Counted from the stretch's first letter, positions 15,729-24,974 are shown. The stretch: 35,115 nt of DNA from a virus (IMGVR_UViG_3300046057_000054:1-35115); one strand, 5' to 3'. The notes: a model not told the origin generated them from the sequence alone. Translations and numbers: made by a program.

Positions 15729-16142
15729 TCAGCGGCGGTCCCAGCGGCGCCCCTGGCTGATGACGTCGACGTGGGTGAAGGTGTTGTAGCGCCCGAGCCC
15801 GCCGACGTCGAGGCCGGCGGCGAAGTCGGCCACCTCGGTGGGGGTGGCCTGGTGGGCGTCGAGGTCGGCGGCGCAGCCGAGGAGGTGTTTGCTTCGGGCC
15901 GCCCCGCCGATGCGCTCGTTCCAGCTGCCGGAGCGGTAGCCGCTGGTGACGCTGACGGGGCCGAACGTGTCGCGAATGCGCTGGCAGAGCTCGACGAGGC
16001 GCGGGTGGAGCAGGAGCGCCTCCGAGCCGTCGTTGCAGGCGAACTCGCCGAGGAGGAAGTCGGCCGAGACGCGCGTCGAGCGCGGCGTGGCGCGGAGGTT
16101 GTAGGCGTCGGCGTCGGCGGCCTTCTGGTGGTGAAAGTCCAT
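15729..16142 (-). CDS. Peptidase M15A-like endolysin
   Basis: EFAC.DG...VTSGYRS..WN..IGGA..SKHLLG.AAD...GLGRY.TFTHVD. Confidence 0.85.
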   Translation of the reverse strand: MDFHHQKAADADAYNLRATPRSTRVSADFLLGEFACNDGSEALLLHPRLVELCQRIRDTFGPVSVTSGYRSGSWNERIGGAARSKHLLGCAADLDAHQATPTEVADFAAGLDVGGLGRYNTFTHVDVISQGRRWDRR

Positions 16143-16173
16143 TGGGGTCGGTGGGGCTTGTGGTGAGAGAAGA

Positions 16174-16197
16174 GGCGCCACTGGGGGGCGCCCGTGC
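16174..16197. repeat. REP-like GC hairpin
   Basis: GGCGCCACTGGGGGGCGCCCGTGC. Confidence 0.6.
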
Positions 16198-16206
16198 AGG
16201 GGGAGA

Positions 16207-17469
16207 TCAGGGGCCGTCGATGTCGTCGAAGGGATTGCGGCTGCGCCCAGCGCTGCGCGGGGGCAGGGTGTCTTCGTCGTCGTCGGGCTTTTGGCGGTCG
16301 TAGCGCTCGCGCAGCTCGGAGATAGAGAGGGGCACGCCCATGCGGTGGAGGCCGCGGTCGATCTGCAGCTGGCGAAGCAGGTCCTCGATGACCGTGACCA
16401 TGAAGGAGACGTGCACGAGGCACTCGTCCCAGCTCTGGCGAACGGCGGGGGTGATGACGTGGCGATTCAGTAGCTCGGCGATCTCGGCGGCGATGCCCTC
16501 GGCGACGTCGACGCGGATGCCGTTGGTGGTGCGCATGGCGGCGTAGGAGCCGCGCTCGCCCATCTGGTCGGTCAGCGACTCGGACTTGATGATGGCCGAG
16601 CGGGCGCGGGCCGCGGCGCTCTGGAGGGCGGCGTAGGTGCCGCTGGCGTCGCCGCTGGGGGACTTGAGGTCCAGCTCGCCATTCTCGGTGATGACGGCGC
16701 GCGAGTCGGACGTGAAGTTCATGACGGCCTCCTCGAGGAGTTCCTTGTCGTCGCCGTTCCAGCCTTCCATGAGCGTGCCCACCACGCTGGGGGTGGCGAA
16801 GGCTTCGTTGTAGGCGGCCCAGTCTTCCCAGTCGAACCAGTCGAAGATGCCGAAGCGGCTGGCGGCGAGGCCGTGGCCGAAGCGCGTGAAGTCGATGCTT
16901 TCGTAGCTGGGCAGCTTGTGGCTGGTGTAGAGCAGGACGCTGCCGCGCGGGTACTGGTGGTAGGGGCGGTTGCCCACGTAGAGGGTGGTGTAGTCGTCGG
17001 TGCGGTTTTCGGTGCGGGCGTAGATCCAGCTCATCGGGAGCTTTTCGTAGGTCACCGGCGCCTTGTAGGTCTCGCCCTCGTGCTGGAGGTCGCCCCAGAC
17101 GAGCTCGTGGGCGCGGAAGCCGTAGTAGTGGCCCTTCATCAGGTCCTTGACGAGCTTCTTGGTGCTCAGGCGCTTCAGCAGCGTCTCGACGAAGGCGCGC
17201 TGTCGCTGGGCCGGGTCGGACTCTTCCTCCGCGACGATCTGGATGTCGTCTTGGAGGACGGCGCTGGTGAGGCTCCGCATGGCGCTGGGGATTTCGTAGT
17301 CGAGGTCGTCGAAGAAGCGGAGCACCTCGAAGAGGCGGCCCGGGTTGCCCTGTTCGGCCTCGTGGCGCGCGCGGCGCAGGTCGTAGGGCGTGACGAACTC
17401 GTAGGCGCGGGCGTAGCCGCGGTAGCGGTTGGCGGGCCGGGCGACGGTGGTGTCGGTGGGGTCGGGCAC
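16207..17469 (-). CDS. Portal protein (Mu gp29/DUF935-like)
   Basis: AEQGNP..LF; YYGFRAHELVW; DWAAYNEAFATP; SAIIKSESLT....GSYAA. Confidence 0.85.
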   Translation of the reverse strand: MPDPTDTTVARPANRYRGYARAYEFVTPYDLRRARHEAEQGNPGRLFEVLRFFDDLDYEIPSAMRSLTSAVLQDDIQIVAEEESDPAQRQRAFVETLLKRLSTKKLVKDLMKGHYYGFRAHELVWGDLQHEGETYKAPVTYEKLPMSWIYARTENRTDDYTTLYVGNRPYHQYPRGSVLLYTSHKLPSYESIDFTRFGHGLAASRFGIFDWFDWEDWAAYNEAFATPSVVGTLMEGWNGDDKELLEEAVMNFTSDSRAVITENGELDLKSPSGDASGTYAALQSAAARARSAIIKSESLTDQMGERGSYAAMRTTNGIRVDVAEGIAAEIAELLNRHVITPAVRQSWDECLVHVSFMVTVIEDLLRQLQIDRGLHRMGVPLSISELRERYDRQKPDDDEDTLPPRSAGRSRNPFDDIDGP

Positions 17470-17497
17470 GGGTCGGTGTTTTGGCGTTTCGGTGGGG

Positions 17498-19273
17498 TTA
17501 GCGGCGGCGGCCGGGGCGCTGCTTTTGGCGTCGGCCGCCGGCGTAGCGGCGTTTGCCGAGCGAGCGGTACTGGAAGCCGCCCCCGCCGGCGATGCGGCGC
17601 AGGCGCGAGAGGCAGGACTCCAGGGCGTCGGGGCCGTCGTCGTAGCCGTCGGGCCAGGAGAGCACCTGGCGGCGCAGGCGCTCGACGTCGCCGGCGTGGT
17701 GGGTGAAGGGAACGTCGCCCGGCCACTGGATGCGGCCTCCGGAGGCGAGCCCTTCGAGGCTCTCGATGCGGGCGTCCTTGGGGCCTTTGTTGGCGTCGCC
17801 GCTCAGCGGGAGGGCGTAGCCGTGGCGCTCCTCGGCGTCGGCGAAGTCGCGACGCAGGCGGTCGTCCTGGGCGAAGTCGTTTTCGTACTTGCCGTGGCGC
17901 AGCCGGCCCGGGCCGGGAGCCTGCGGGCCCCACCGCTCGAAGAGCAAGTAGAGCGCGTTGATCATCGCCGAGACGGGTTCGGTCTGGCGGAGCCAGGCGT
18001 CGACGACGAAGAAGCGCTTGCCGTCGGAGGCGCAGACGACGACGGCCTTGTAGCTGGCGCTCCGCGAGGTGCCGAAGGCGGGGTCCACCCAGAGGAAGAA
18101 CGTCAGGTCTTCTTCTTTCGGGAGCGCGTCGTAGGTGGGGAACCACTCGCGCTTGAAGAAGAGGCCCTCCGCGATGGGGCTGCCGTTCATTTCACTCTCG
18201 AACTTGGCGGGCCCCATCGTGGCGCGCATCCGCTGGTACCAGGCGGCCCGGTAGCGCTCGGGCCACAGGTAGACCGTCTCGCCGGTCCGCTCGTCGATGC
18301 GGGTGGCACGGTAGCAGTAGGCGCTGATTTCGGCCTGCGTGGCGTCGTCGCGCTCGCCCGGGGGCGCGGCGGATGCGCACGGCGTTTCTGAGGTGTTTCC
18401 TGGGCCGTTGTGGTGCCGCGCGCCGGTGCGAGGCACGTTGTTGCCCCCGGGCCGGGTGCCGCGCTTGAGATAGGCGCGCAGGGCGTCTTCGCTCTCGACG
18501 GCCTCCAGCATCCCCAGGAAGAGCGCGGAGGTGTCGCGCGCGGTGTTGCCGATCCAGACGATGGGCGCGGTGTCGATGACGGCCGGGTAGAGGTCTTGGA
18601 GGACCCACTCGACTTTTTCGCGCCCGATGCGCTCGTTGCGGCTGGAGATGCCGTCCTCGAAGTCGTCGAGGAGCGCGAAGTCGGGCCGGTGCTGGAGGTA
18701 GATTTTGCCTTTGACCTTCGAGCCGTAGGAGACCGCGTCGATGCGGACCTGGTGGCTCTGCCCGGTGGCCCGTGGCGTGACGCGCAGGCGCAGGATGCCC
18801 TGGCTCATGTTCTGGCGCGTGACGTCGACGTCGAAGTCTTCCTCGACGCGGGGGTTCGACGTGAGCTCTGCCTGGAGGGTCAGCAGGTGTCCTTTGGCCA
18901 GCTTGAGCTCTTCGGAGACGACGAGCGGGTAATGAAGGTCGCCCCGCAGCACGCGGCGCAGGAGGCCGGCGCGGCAGCGGGTGGACTTGGCGTGCTCGCG
19001 CGGCCCGTGCACGATAAAGACGTGGCGCCGCTGCGCCCGCGTCATCGCGTCGAGGTCCTGGTGAAAGGCCGCCGACTCGGACTCGAAGTAGTGCGGCAGG
19101 AAGGCGCGCCCGAAGCTCTCCGTCGAGGCGCACGCCTCCTCGAAGCGCTGTTTGCGCGCCTCGCGGGAGGGGTCCGCAAAGGCGGCGACCTCCTGGGAAA
19201 GGCGCTCCTGGAGTTCGGCCAGCTGCTCTTCGAGCTGCCGTTCTTCGGCGGTTTTGGTGGTCTGGAGGGCCAC
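17498..19273 (-). CDS. Terminase large subunit
   Basis: GPREHAKST, RPDFALLDDFED, WVDPA and YDDGPDALE. GTG start inferred. Confidence 0.9.
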   Translation of the reverse strand: MALQTTKTAEERQLEEQLAELQERLSQEVAAFADPSREARKQRFEEACASTESFGRAFLPHYFESESAAFHQDLDAMTRAQRRHVFIVHGPREHAKSTRCRAGLLRRVLRGDLHYPLVVSEELKLAKGHLLTLQAELTSNPRVEEDFDVDVTRQNMSQGILRLRVTPRATGQSHQVRIDAVSYGSKVKGKIYLQHRPDFALLDDFEDGISSRNERIGREKVEWVLQDLYPAVIDTAPIVWIGNTARDTSALFLGMLEAVESEDALRAYLKRGTRPGGNNVPRTGARHHNGPGNTSETPCASAAPPGERDDATQAEISAYCYRATRIDERTGETVYLWPERYRAAWYQRMRATMGPAKFESEMNGSPIAEGLFFKREWFPTYDALPKEEDLTFFLWVDPAFGTSRSASYKAVVVCASDGKRFFVVDAWLRQTEPVSAMINALYLLFERWGPQAPGPGRLRHGKYENDFAQDDRLRRDFADAEERHGYALPLSGDANKGPKDARIESLEGLASGGRIQWPGDVPFTHHAGDVERLRRQVLSWPDGYDDGPDALESCLSRLRRIAGGGGFQYRSLGKRRYAGGRRQKQRPGRRR

Positions 19274-19301
19274 GTGCGGCGTGCGGGTGTGCGGGAGTTT
19301 G

Positions 19302-19760
19302 TCAGGCCGAGCGGTTATTTTGCTTGCCGAGCCAGCGGCTGAATTCCAGCAGCGGGGTCGCCATGTCCTCGCGCAGGTCCGGGTAGTTGGAGGCGAGCCA
19401 CGTGTTGAGCTGGTCGACGGCTTCGAGGGCGTGGGAGGTGAAGCGCGCGCGGCCGTTGTGCTTCGAGGCCACTTTCTGGAGCTTGGCGATCTGGTCGGTC
19501 TCCCCCTGGGTGAGCATCCGCCCTTCTTCGATGGCGCCCTGGAGGATCTGGTCGATCTGCTGCATGAACTTCTGCGCCAGCATCGGGCCGCTGAGCGTGC
19601 GGTGGACGCGCTCCTCGTCCCAGCGGCCCTCCGAGCGCCAGCGCCGCAGCGTGGAGATGGACGGCTCGGTGATCTGCTCGATCTCGCCGAGGTCCTTGCG
19701 CTGAAGGCAGTACATGCTCTTGCAGCGCAGTCGAGTGCCGTCGTCGTAGGTGGCGGGCAT
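19302..19760 (-). CDS. Terminase small subunit (DUF1804-like)
   Basis: N-terminal HTH SISTLRRWRSEGRWDE; directly upstream of TerL. Confidence 0.7.
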   Translation of the reverse strand: MPATYDDGTRLRCKSMYCLQRKDLGEIEQITEPSISTLRRWRSEGRWDEERVHRTLSGPMLAQKFMQQIDQILQGAIEEGRMLTQGETDQIAKLQKVASKHNGRARFTSHALEAVDQLNTWLASNYPDLREDMATPLLEFSRWLGKQNNRSA

Positions 19761-19849
19761 CTGTCGCAGTGGTGCTGCCGCGGAAGCGCGAGAGGAGGAA
19801 GGTAGGGGCAGTTGGTGCCTTCTCCTATGCAACAGCGGGGGCGGGTTTT

Positions 19850-19920
19850 TGAGATATAGCCATATCTCACCTTTTTCCCCGCCCGCGCCGGGATTTTTGA
19901 GATATATGCTATATCTCAAA
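19850..19920. promoter_or_regulatory. Twin AT-rich palindromes in the divergent late intergenic region
   Basis: TGAGATAT-AGCC-ATATCTCA (19850..19869) and TTTGAGATATA-TGC-TATATCTCAAA (19896..19920). Confidence 0.75.
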
Positions 19921-20170
19921 TCAAATGCCGGGGCGCGGCATTGGGCGCACTCGACAGACGACCTCGCGCCTCGCTCGCCCCACCGGACAAAGCCCTCGCT
20001 TTTTGCCCATGCGCCGCTCACCTCGCCGCCCGTCTTCTCGCCGCGGTGCTTTTCGCGTTCCCGCGTCCCTCCTGTTCGCGCTCGTGGCCGCGCTTGCGAT
20101 GCCGCTGGCCTGCGGCGCCGGGGGCGCTTCGGCGGCGGCCCCCTCCCTCTCCAGTGACGCTCCCGATACG

Positions 20171-20623
20171 ATGGCCTACTGCACCGCCCAAGACGTGATC
20201 GACGCGTACAGCCGCGAGCAGATCGCCGAGGTGACCGGCGACGCGCAGGGGCAGGCCGTAGACCGAGGGCAGGTGGAGCGCGCCGTGGAAGACTATGGCG
20301 CGCAGGTCGAGGCGCACGTGCGGATGCAGCACCCGGACGACCCGTTCGACGTGACGAACGAGTACCTGAACAGCCTTAACGTGGAGGGCGCCTTCCTCCT
20401 GCTCCAGAAGCGCACCACCGGCGGCATGGAGGAGAACCTGCAAGACGCCGAGGAGCGCCTCGACGGGGTGCTGCTCCGCATCGCGCAGGGCGAGCTTGAG
20501 CTCCTCGACGACGAGGACGAGGCCGAGGCGGAGGGGCGCCCCGACCTACGCGCAAGCGAGCTGACGCGGGCGCGCCCCCGTGTGTTTGGCCGGTGGAGCC
20601 GGCAGCGGTACGACGAGCTTTGA
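20171..20623 (+). CDS. Mu gp36/DUF1320-like head-tail adaptor
   Basis: MAYCTAQDVIDAY...VD...VERAV.D....VEAHV...LLRIAQGELEL. Confidence 0.8.
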   Translation: MAYCTAQDVIDAYSREQIAEVTGDAQGQAVDRGQVERAVEDYGAQVEAHVRMQHPDDPFDVTNEYLNSLNVEGAFLLLQKRTTGGMEENLQDAEERLDGVLLRIAQGELELLDDEDEAEAEGRPDLRASELTRARPRVFGRWSRQRYDEL

Positions 20624-20653
20624 GCGGGCCTGCCTCCCTCATGGCGCCTCCGT

Positions 20654-20678
20654 GGGCGCCCACAGGGGGGCGCCCTAC
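20654..20678. repeat. REP-like GC hairpin
   Basis: GGGCGCCCACAGGGGGGCGCCCTAC. Confidence 0.65.
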
Positions 20679-20711
20679 CCCTGTTCTTTCCTTTTTGCTG
20701 CTCTTCAGGCG

Positions 20712-21167
20712 ATGCTGGCAGACGTGCAGGCCGGTTGCGTGGAGCACCTCGACGGCCTTCGGGGGACGCCTCTCGACGGCGCCGGCGAGATGCAGCTCCT
20801 CGAGCCCGGCGCGGTCGAGCCCTACGGCGGCGAGCTTCAGCGCCCCAACGAGGTCAAGAAGTACGCCCCGGTCTGCTTCGTCGAGTTCGACAACGCGGTG
20901 CTGGAAGGCGTGAACGCGGCCGCCTCGCGGCTGCACGGGACCGAGACGGTGCACGTCCTCTGCTGCGCGATCAACGCGGCGGGCGGGGCCGAGACGGCCT
21001 CCGAGGGGGTGCGCCTTCTCAGCTGGGCGGCGCTGGCACTGCGCGGCCTCGAGGTGCACCTGCCGGGCGGCGGCCTGGCGACGGTCGAGCGCATGGGGGT
21101 GCAGCGGCTGCTCAGTGGCGATAAGCTGTGGGCGGCGGCGCTGACGCCGGAGCTCGCTATTTCATGA
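20712..21167 (+). CDS. Mu gp37-like neck/tail completion protein
   Basis: VEPYGGEL........APVCFV; follows the gp36-like gene. Confidence 0.6.
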   Translation: MLADVQAGCVEHLDGLRGTPLDGAGEMQLLEPGAVEPYGGELQRPNEVKKYAPVCFVEFDNAVLEGVNAAASRLHGTETVHVLCCAINAAGGAETASEGVRLLSWAALALRGLEVHLPGGGLATVERMGVQRLLSGDKLWAAALTPELAIS

Positions 21168-21219
21168 CACGGGGCGCGATGTATCGTGCCCCCGCGATTT
21201 TCACGAGGTGACCTCTTTT

Positions 21220-22290
21220 ATGGCTGCCGACGAGATCGAGATTGCCCAGGCGGGGGAGTACTGGGGCCACTGGCAGGGCGGGCACGAGCTGACCGTGGCC
21301 GAGCTCCAGCGCATGGTGGCCAACTTTACCGAGCCGGTCGTGATCGACTACGAGCACGCCAACCAGCTGGCCGAGCCGGGCCGCGAGGTACCTGCCGCCG
21401 GCTGGATCTCGTCGGTCTGGGTGGACGGGCAGAGTCTGCGCGGGAGCGTAAGCTGGACGGACCGCGCCGAGGAGATGATCGACGCGGACGAATACCGCTT
21501 TCTCTCTCCCGTCATCAACCCGGACGCCACCGACAAGGAGACGGACGCCCCCATCGGGGCGGTGCTCGACACGGTGGCGCTGACGAACGTCCCCTTCATG
21601 GAGGGGATGGAGTCGGTGCGCAACACCTCGGGAGGCGGCGGGCTCGGGCGCTTCGGAGCGCGCACCAGCGAGGCCATCCTGAATAGCAGCAACAGGACGA
21701 TTTCTCACTCCGACGACGACGCTTCTTCTTCCTCACAATCCGACCCCGATACGATGGCCGATGACAACGAACGCAGCAACTGGGAGCGCTTCAAGTCCAA
21801 GATGAAGGGCATTCTCAACAGCGAGTCGAGCGAGGAGGTCGATCTTCTCGACGACGCGCGCCAGCTCTCGGAGGCGCAGGAGCGCGCCGAGAAGGCTGAG
21901 CAGGAGCGCGACGAAGCGCAGTCCGAGCTCGAAGAAGCGCGCGAGCGCATCGAGGAGCTCGAGGCCGACCTCGAAGAAGATGAGGAAGAAAAGGAGGAGG
22001 CCGAGGCCGAGAAGGACGAGGAGATCCTGAACTCCGCCGTCGAGCAGGGCAAGATCAAGAAGGCCGACCGCGCGGACTGGGCGGAGCGCATGGAGAACAA
22101 CCGCTCCGGCACGCGAGCGCTGCTGAACAGCATCGACCCCGGCACGGTGGTGCCCGGCGCGCAGGCCGGCGGCGGCCCCGAGGAGCCGGACGACGCGGGC
22201 GGCGGCGCGGGCACCGCGCGCCTGGGCGGGGGCCGCAGCGCCCTGCGCGATCGCATTGACGAGCAGGCCGAACAGCAGCAGCAGGGCTGA
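21220..22290 (+). CDS. Mu I-like head maturation protease with C-terminal scaffold
   Basis: VIDYEH, PAAGWI, WT.RA..MI...EYRFLSPV and ALTNVPF, followed by an acidic coiled coil. Confidence 0.9.
   Translation: MAADEIEIAQAGEYWGHWQGGHELTVAELQRMVANFTEPVVIDYEHANQLAEPGREVPAAGWISSVWVDGQSLRGSVSWTDRAEEMIDADEYRFLSPVINPDATDKETDAPIGAVLDTVALTNVPFMEGMESVRNTSGGGGLGRFGARTSEAILNSSNRTISHSDDDASSSSQSDPDTMADDNERSNWERFKSKMKGILNSESSEEVDLLDDARQLSEAQERAEKAEQERDEAQSELEEARERIEELEADLEEDEEEKEEAEAEKDEEILNSAVEQGKIKKADRADWAERMENNRSGTRALLNSIDPGTVVPGAQAGGGPEEPDDAGGGAGTARLGGGRSALRDRIDEQAEQQQQG
21754..22290 (+). CDS. Nested scaffolding protein (Mu Z-like), internal in-frame start
   Basis: MADDNERS... preceded by CCCGATACGATGGCC, identical to the start context of the gp36-like gene. 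Confidence 0.6.
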   Translation: MADDNERSNWERFKSKMKGILNSESSEEVDLLDDARQLSEAQERAEKAEQERDEAQSELEEARERIEELEADLEEDEEEKEEAEAEKDEEILNSAVEQGKIKKADRADWAERMENNRSGTRALLNSIDPGTVVPGAQAGGGPEEPDDAGGGAGTARLGGGRSALRDRIDEQAEQQQQG

Positions 22291-22364
22291 CCGTTGCCGG
22301 GCGCGGCCCGCCCTCCCATCGACACGACGCTCTTTTTTTCTTTCCTTCCCGACCCCCGAAGACG

Positions 22365-23393
22365 ATGGCCAACCTCACCCCGATCTCCACGACCCCCACC
22401 GAGCGCGGGCGCATGATGCTCTCGTGGCTGCTGGAGCACAGCCCGTACTTCAGCTTCATCGAACGCCGCAGCGGGTTCGAGCTCGCGGCGACGGACTTCG
22501 ACCTCTACCCGGACACCGGGGACTTCGACGTGCAGAAGCGCGGCGTGGGCACCGGGTACTCGAAGACCGCGCAGACGCCGCCGTCGCGCCAGGAGGAGAC
22601 GCTCGGCTTTCACGGGGACCGTCTCATCCTGGACCGCAGCCACCTGGAGGACGACCGGCGGGGCCTGCGCCCCATCGGCACGTGGGTGCCGCAGCGCCTG
22701 CGCTCCGGCTTCATGCGCTGGGCGAAGGGGCTCGAGAAGCTCGCCATGCAGGGCAGCGGCACCGACGACGGGAGCGGCCGCGAGGTCAAGGGCCTGCTCA
22801 CGCTCCTGGACGGCTCGAACGTGCCGGGCTTCTCGAAGCCGATGGTGATCGACGCGGCCGACTTCGTGAGCGAGGACGTCAACAGCCTCGACATGAGCAA
22901 CGCGGATCACCGCGACGCGCTGCGCTCGGCCCTGGAGCAGATCCTGCCGAACTACGACAACCCGGGCCTGCTCCTCAACAGGCAGCTGGGGAGCGTCATC
23001 AGCGGCATCGCGCAAAGCGCGGTGCGCTACGACACCGAGCAGTCGGACCTGTGGGGCCGCGTCGAGCGCGTCTTCGGCTACGAGATGGTGCGCCTGGTGG
23101 ACGGCTCGATCACCAACACCGAGCCGGACAACGCGGGGACGGCCAACGATGAGACGACGTCGATCATCGTGGCCAGCCCGAGCGAGGGCGGCTTCTCGGT
23201 CGCGTCGAACTCGGGCCTTTACGTGAAGGACCACCTCGACGAGGCGCCGGGCGAAGACACCGACGACGCGGGCCGCGAGATCGAGTGGGAAATGCGTTTC
23301 GAGCACGCGGTGCAGACCGAGTACAGCTTGCTGCGCATCCGCAACATCAAGGTCGCCTCTGGCTCCGAAGTCTACGGCGACTACGGGGCGTGA
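22365..23393 (+). CDS. Major capsid protein
   Basis: 342 aa directly after protease/scaffold; HK97-like pattern G.G....EVKGL. Confidence 0.75.
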   Translation: MANLTPISTTPTERGRMMLSWLLEHSPYFSFIERRSGFELAATDFDLYPDTGDFDVQKRGVGTGYSKTAQTPPSRQEETLGFHGDRLILDRSHLEDDRRGLRPIGTWVPQRLRSGFMRWAKGLEKLAMQGSGTDDGSGREVKGLLTLLDGSNVPGFSKPMVIDAADFVSEDVNSLDMSNADHRDALRSALEQILPNYDNPGLLLNRQLGSVISGIAQSAVRYDTEQSDLWGRVERVFGYEMVRLVDGSITNTEPDNAGTANDETTSIIVASPSEGGFSVASNSGLYVKDHLDEAPGEDTDDAGREIEWEMRFEHAVQTEYSLLRIRNIKVASGSEVYGDYGA

Positions 23394-23465
23394 TAAGCGC
23401 TTCGCGCTTGACGACGGACGACCGACCACCGACGGCAAACTCTCCATCTTCACCCCTGCGATTTC

Positions 23466-23861
23466 ATGGCTGACGAACGCCGCTTTACCGTCATCTGCGA
23501 CAACGTCTTTCACCGAGGGCCGGCCGGCGGGCTGGACTTCGCGCCCGACCACGGGAGCGGCACGAGCAGGGCCGAGGTCTCGCGCGCGGAGGCGAAGCAA
23601 CTCCTCGAGGACGACCCGGAGGCCTACCGCTGCCCGGAGCTGGCGGAAGCGGGCGACGACGACCCGGAGGAAACCGACGGCACTGCGCTGAGGGACGTGA
23701 AGGGAATCGGCAAGAAGACGGCCCCCGACCTCGAATACGCGGGCGTCGAGAGCGTCGAGGCGCTGGCCGAGGCCGACGTGGAGACCCTGGCGGAGAAGGT
23801 GGGCCAGAGCGCGGGGGTCGTCGAGACCTGGCAGGAGAACGCGCGCGCTTTGCTGGGCTGA
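23466..23861 (+). CDS. Helix-hairpin-helix domain protein
   Basis: LRDVKGIGKKTA.DLE.AGVESVEALAEAD...LAEKVG......WQENAR. Confidence 0.8.
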   Translation: MADERRFTVICDNVFHRGPAGGLDFAPDHGSGTSRAEVSRAEAKQLLEDDPEAYRCPELAEAGDDDPEETDGTALRDVKGIGKKTAPDLEYAGVESVEALAEADVETLAEKVGQSAGVVETWQENARALLG

Positions 23862-23924
23862 CGAAGCCTTCCGGCCGGTCGCCGCCGCTACGGCTTTCCT
23901 TCTCGCTCTTCCTACACGAATCAT

Positions 23925-24230
23925 ATGCCGCCGACGGACGACAAAATGAGCCAGGAGCTACGCGAGCGTCTCGTGCGCATCGAGGAGCAGGCGAGCCACC
24001 AAGGCGAGAGCCTCGGGCGCATCGAAGAGGTGCTGGAGGACCTGGTCGGCTACGTGGCGCGCAACGAGGACAACCGCAAAAACATCAAGAAAAACAGACG
24101 ACGTATCGAGCAGATCGAGCGCCGACAGGACGAGCAGGAGAGTTGGCTGGAAAGCCGCATCTGGTTCGTGACGACGGTGATGGGGGCACTGCTGATCGCC
24201 GTGCAGATCGTCATCAAAATGCTCTTCTGA
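23925..24230 (+). CDS. Coiled-coil protein with C-terminal TM helix (lysis-associated?)
   Basis: ERLVRIEEQ... and IWFVTTVMGALLIAVQIVIKMLF. Confidence 0.6.
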   Translation: MPPTDDKMSQELRERLVRIEEQASHQGESLGRIEEVLEDLVGYVARNEDNRKNIKKNRRRIEQIERRQDEQESWLESRIWFVTTVMGALLIAVQIVIKMLF

Positions 24231-24246
24231 CTACAATTCAGGTGCC

Positions 24247-24669
24247 ATGCCGCTCGACCCGGTCACTGCTGCCCTCGACGTAGGCGGGAAGATCATCGAC
24301 AAAATCTTCCCCGACAAGGGGGAGGCGCGCAAGCACAAGGCGCGCCTGATGGAGCTGGCCCAGCAGGGCGAGCTCAAGAAGCTGACCGCCCGGATGGGCG
24401 TCATCCGCGCGGAGGCGCAGTCGAAGGACCCCTGGACGTCGCGCGCCCGCCCGTCCTTCATGTACGTCATCTACCTCGTCATCCTGGTGAACTGCGTGAT
24501 TGCCCCGTTCGCTTCGATCTTTTTCCCCGACGCCACCGGCGTCTACTTCCAGAACATCGCCCAGGGCTTCGACGCGATTCCCGGCGAGGTGTGGGCGACC
24601 TTCACGGCCGGCTACCTCGGCTACACCGGCGCGCGCACTTACGAGAAAAACAGAGGGGTGACGCGATGA
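24247..24669 (+). CDS. Holin (GTA 3TM-like)
   Basis: IIDKIFPDK...AEAQS.D.WTSRARP...GYLGYTGARTYEK. Confidence 0.85.
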   Translation: MPLDPVTAALDVGGKIIDKIFPDKGEARKHKARLMELAQQGELKKLTARMGVIRAEAQSKDPWTSRARPSFMYVIYLVILVNCVIAPFASIFFPDATGVYFQNIAQGFDAIPGEVWATFTAGYLGYTGARTYEKNRGVTR

Positions 24670-24971
24670 GCCAGACGCTCAAACGCTACCGGATTCACAC
24701 GGCCCTCCAGGACTTCGAGGGCGCCAAGAGCGGGCGGGTCTACACCTGCACGCGCGAGGCGACCTACATCGCTCCGCAGGGCGAATTCAAGGAGCTGGGC
24801 CGGGAGGCGTACAGCCTTCTCGGCGAAGCGTCCTCGGCGGAGAGCCCCGGCGAGGGCGCGGGCGCTGACGAGAGTGCAGGCGCAGAGAAGCCCGCCGACG
24901 ACGGCCCCGCAACGACCGACTCGAGCGACAACGACGACGCTTCTTCTTCCCCCACCGACTCCACCGCATAG
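24666..24971 (+). CDS. Hypothetical protein with acidic low-complexity tail
   Basis: MSQTLKRYRI...; ATGA overlap with the holin stop. Confidence 0.6.
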   Translation: MSQTLKRYRIHTALQDFEGAKSGRVYTCTREATYIAPQGEFKELGREAYSLLGEASSAESPGEGAGADESAGAEKPADDGPATTDSSDNDDASSSPTDSTA

Positions 24972-24974
24972 GAT

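Noticed and set aside
23410-23436. GACGACG/GACGACC/GACCACC heptamer run after the capsid gene
   Set aside because: A short degenerate simple repeat with no supportable function.
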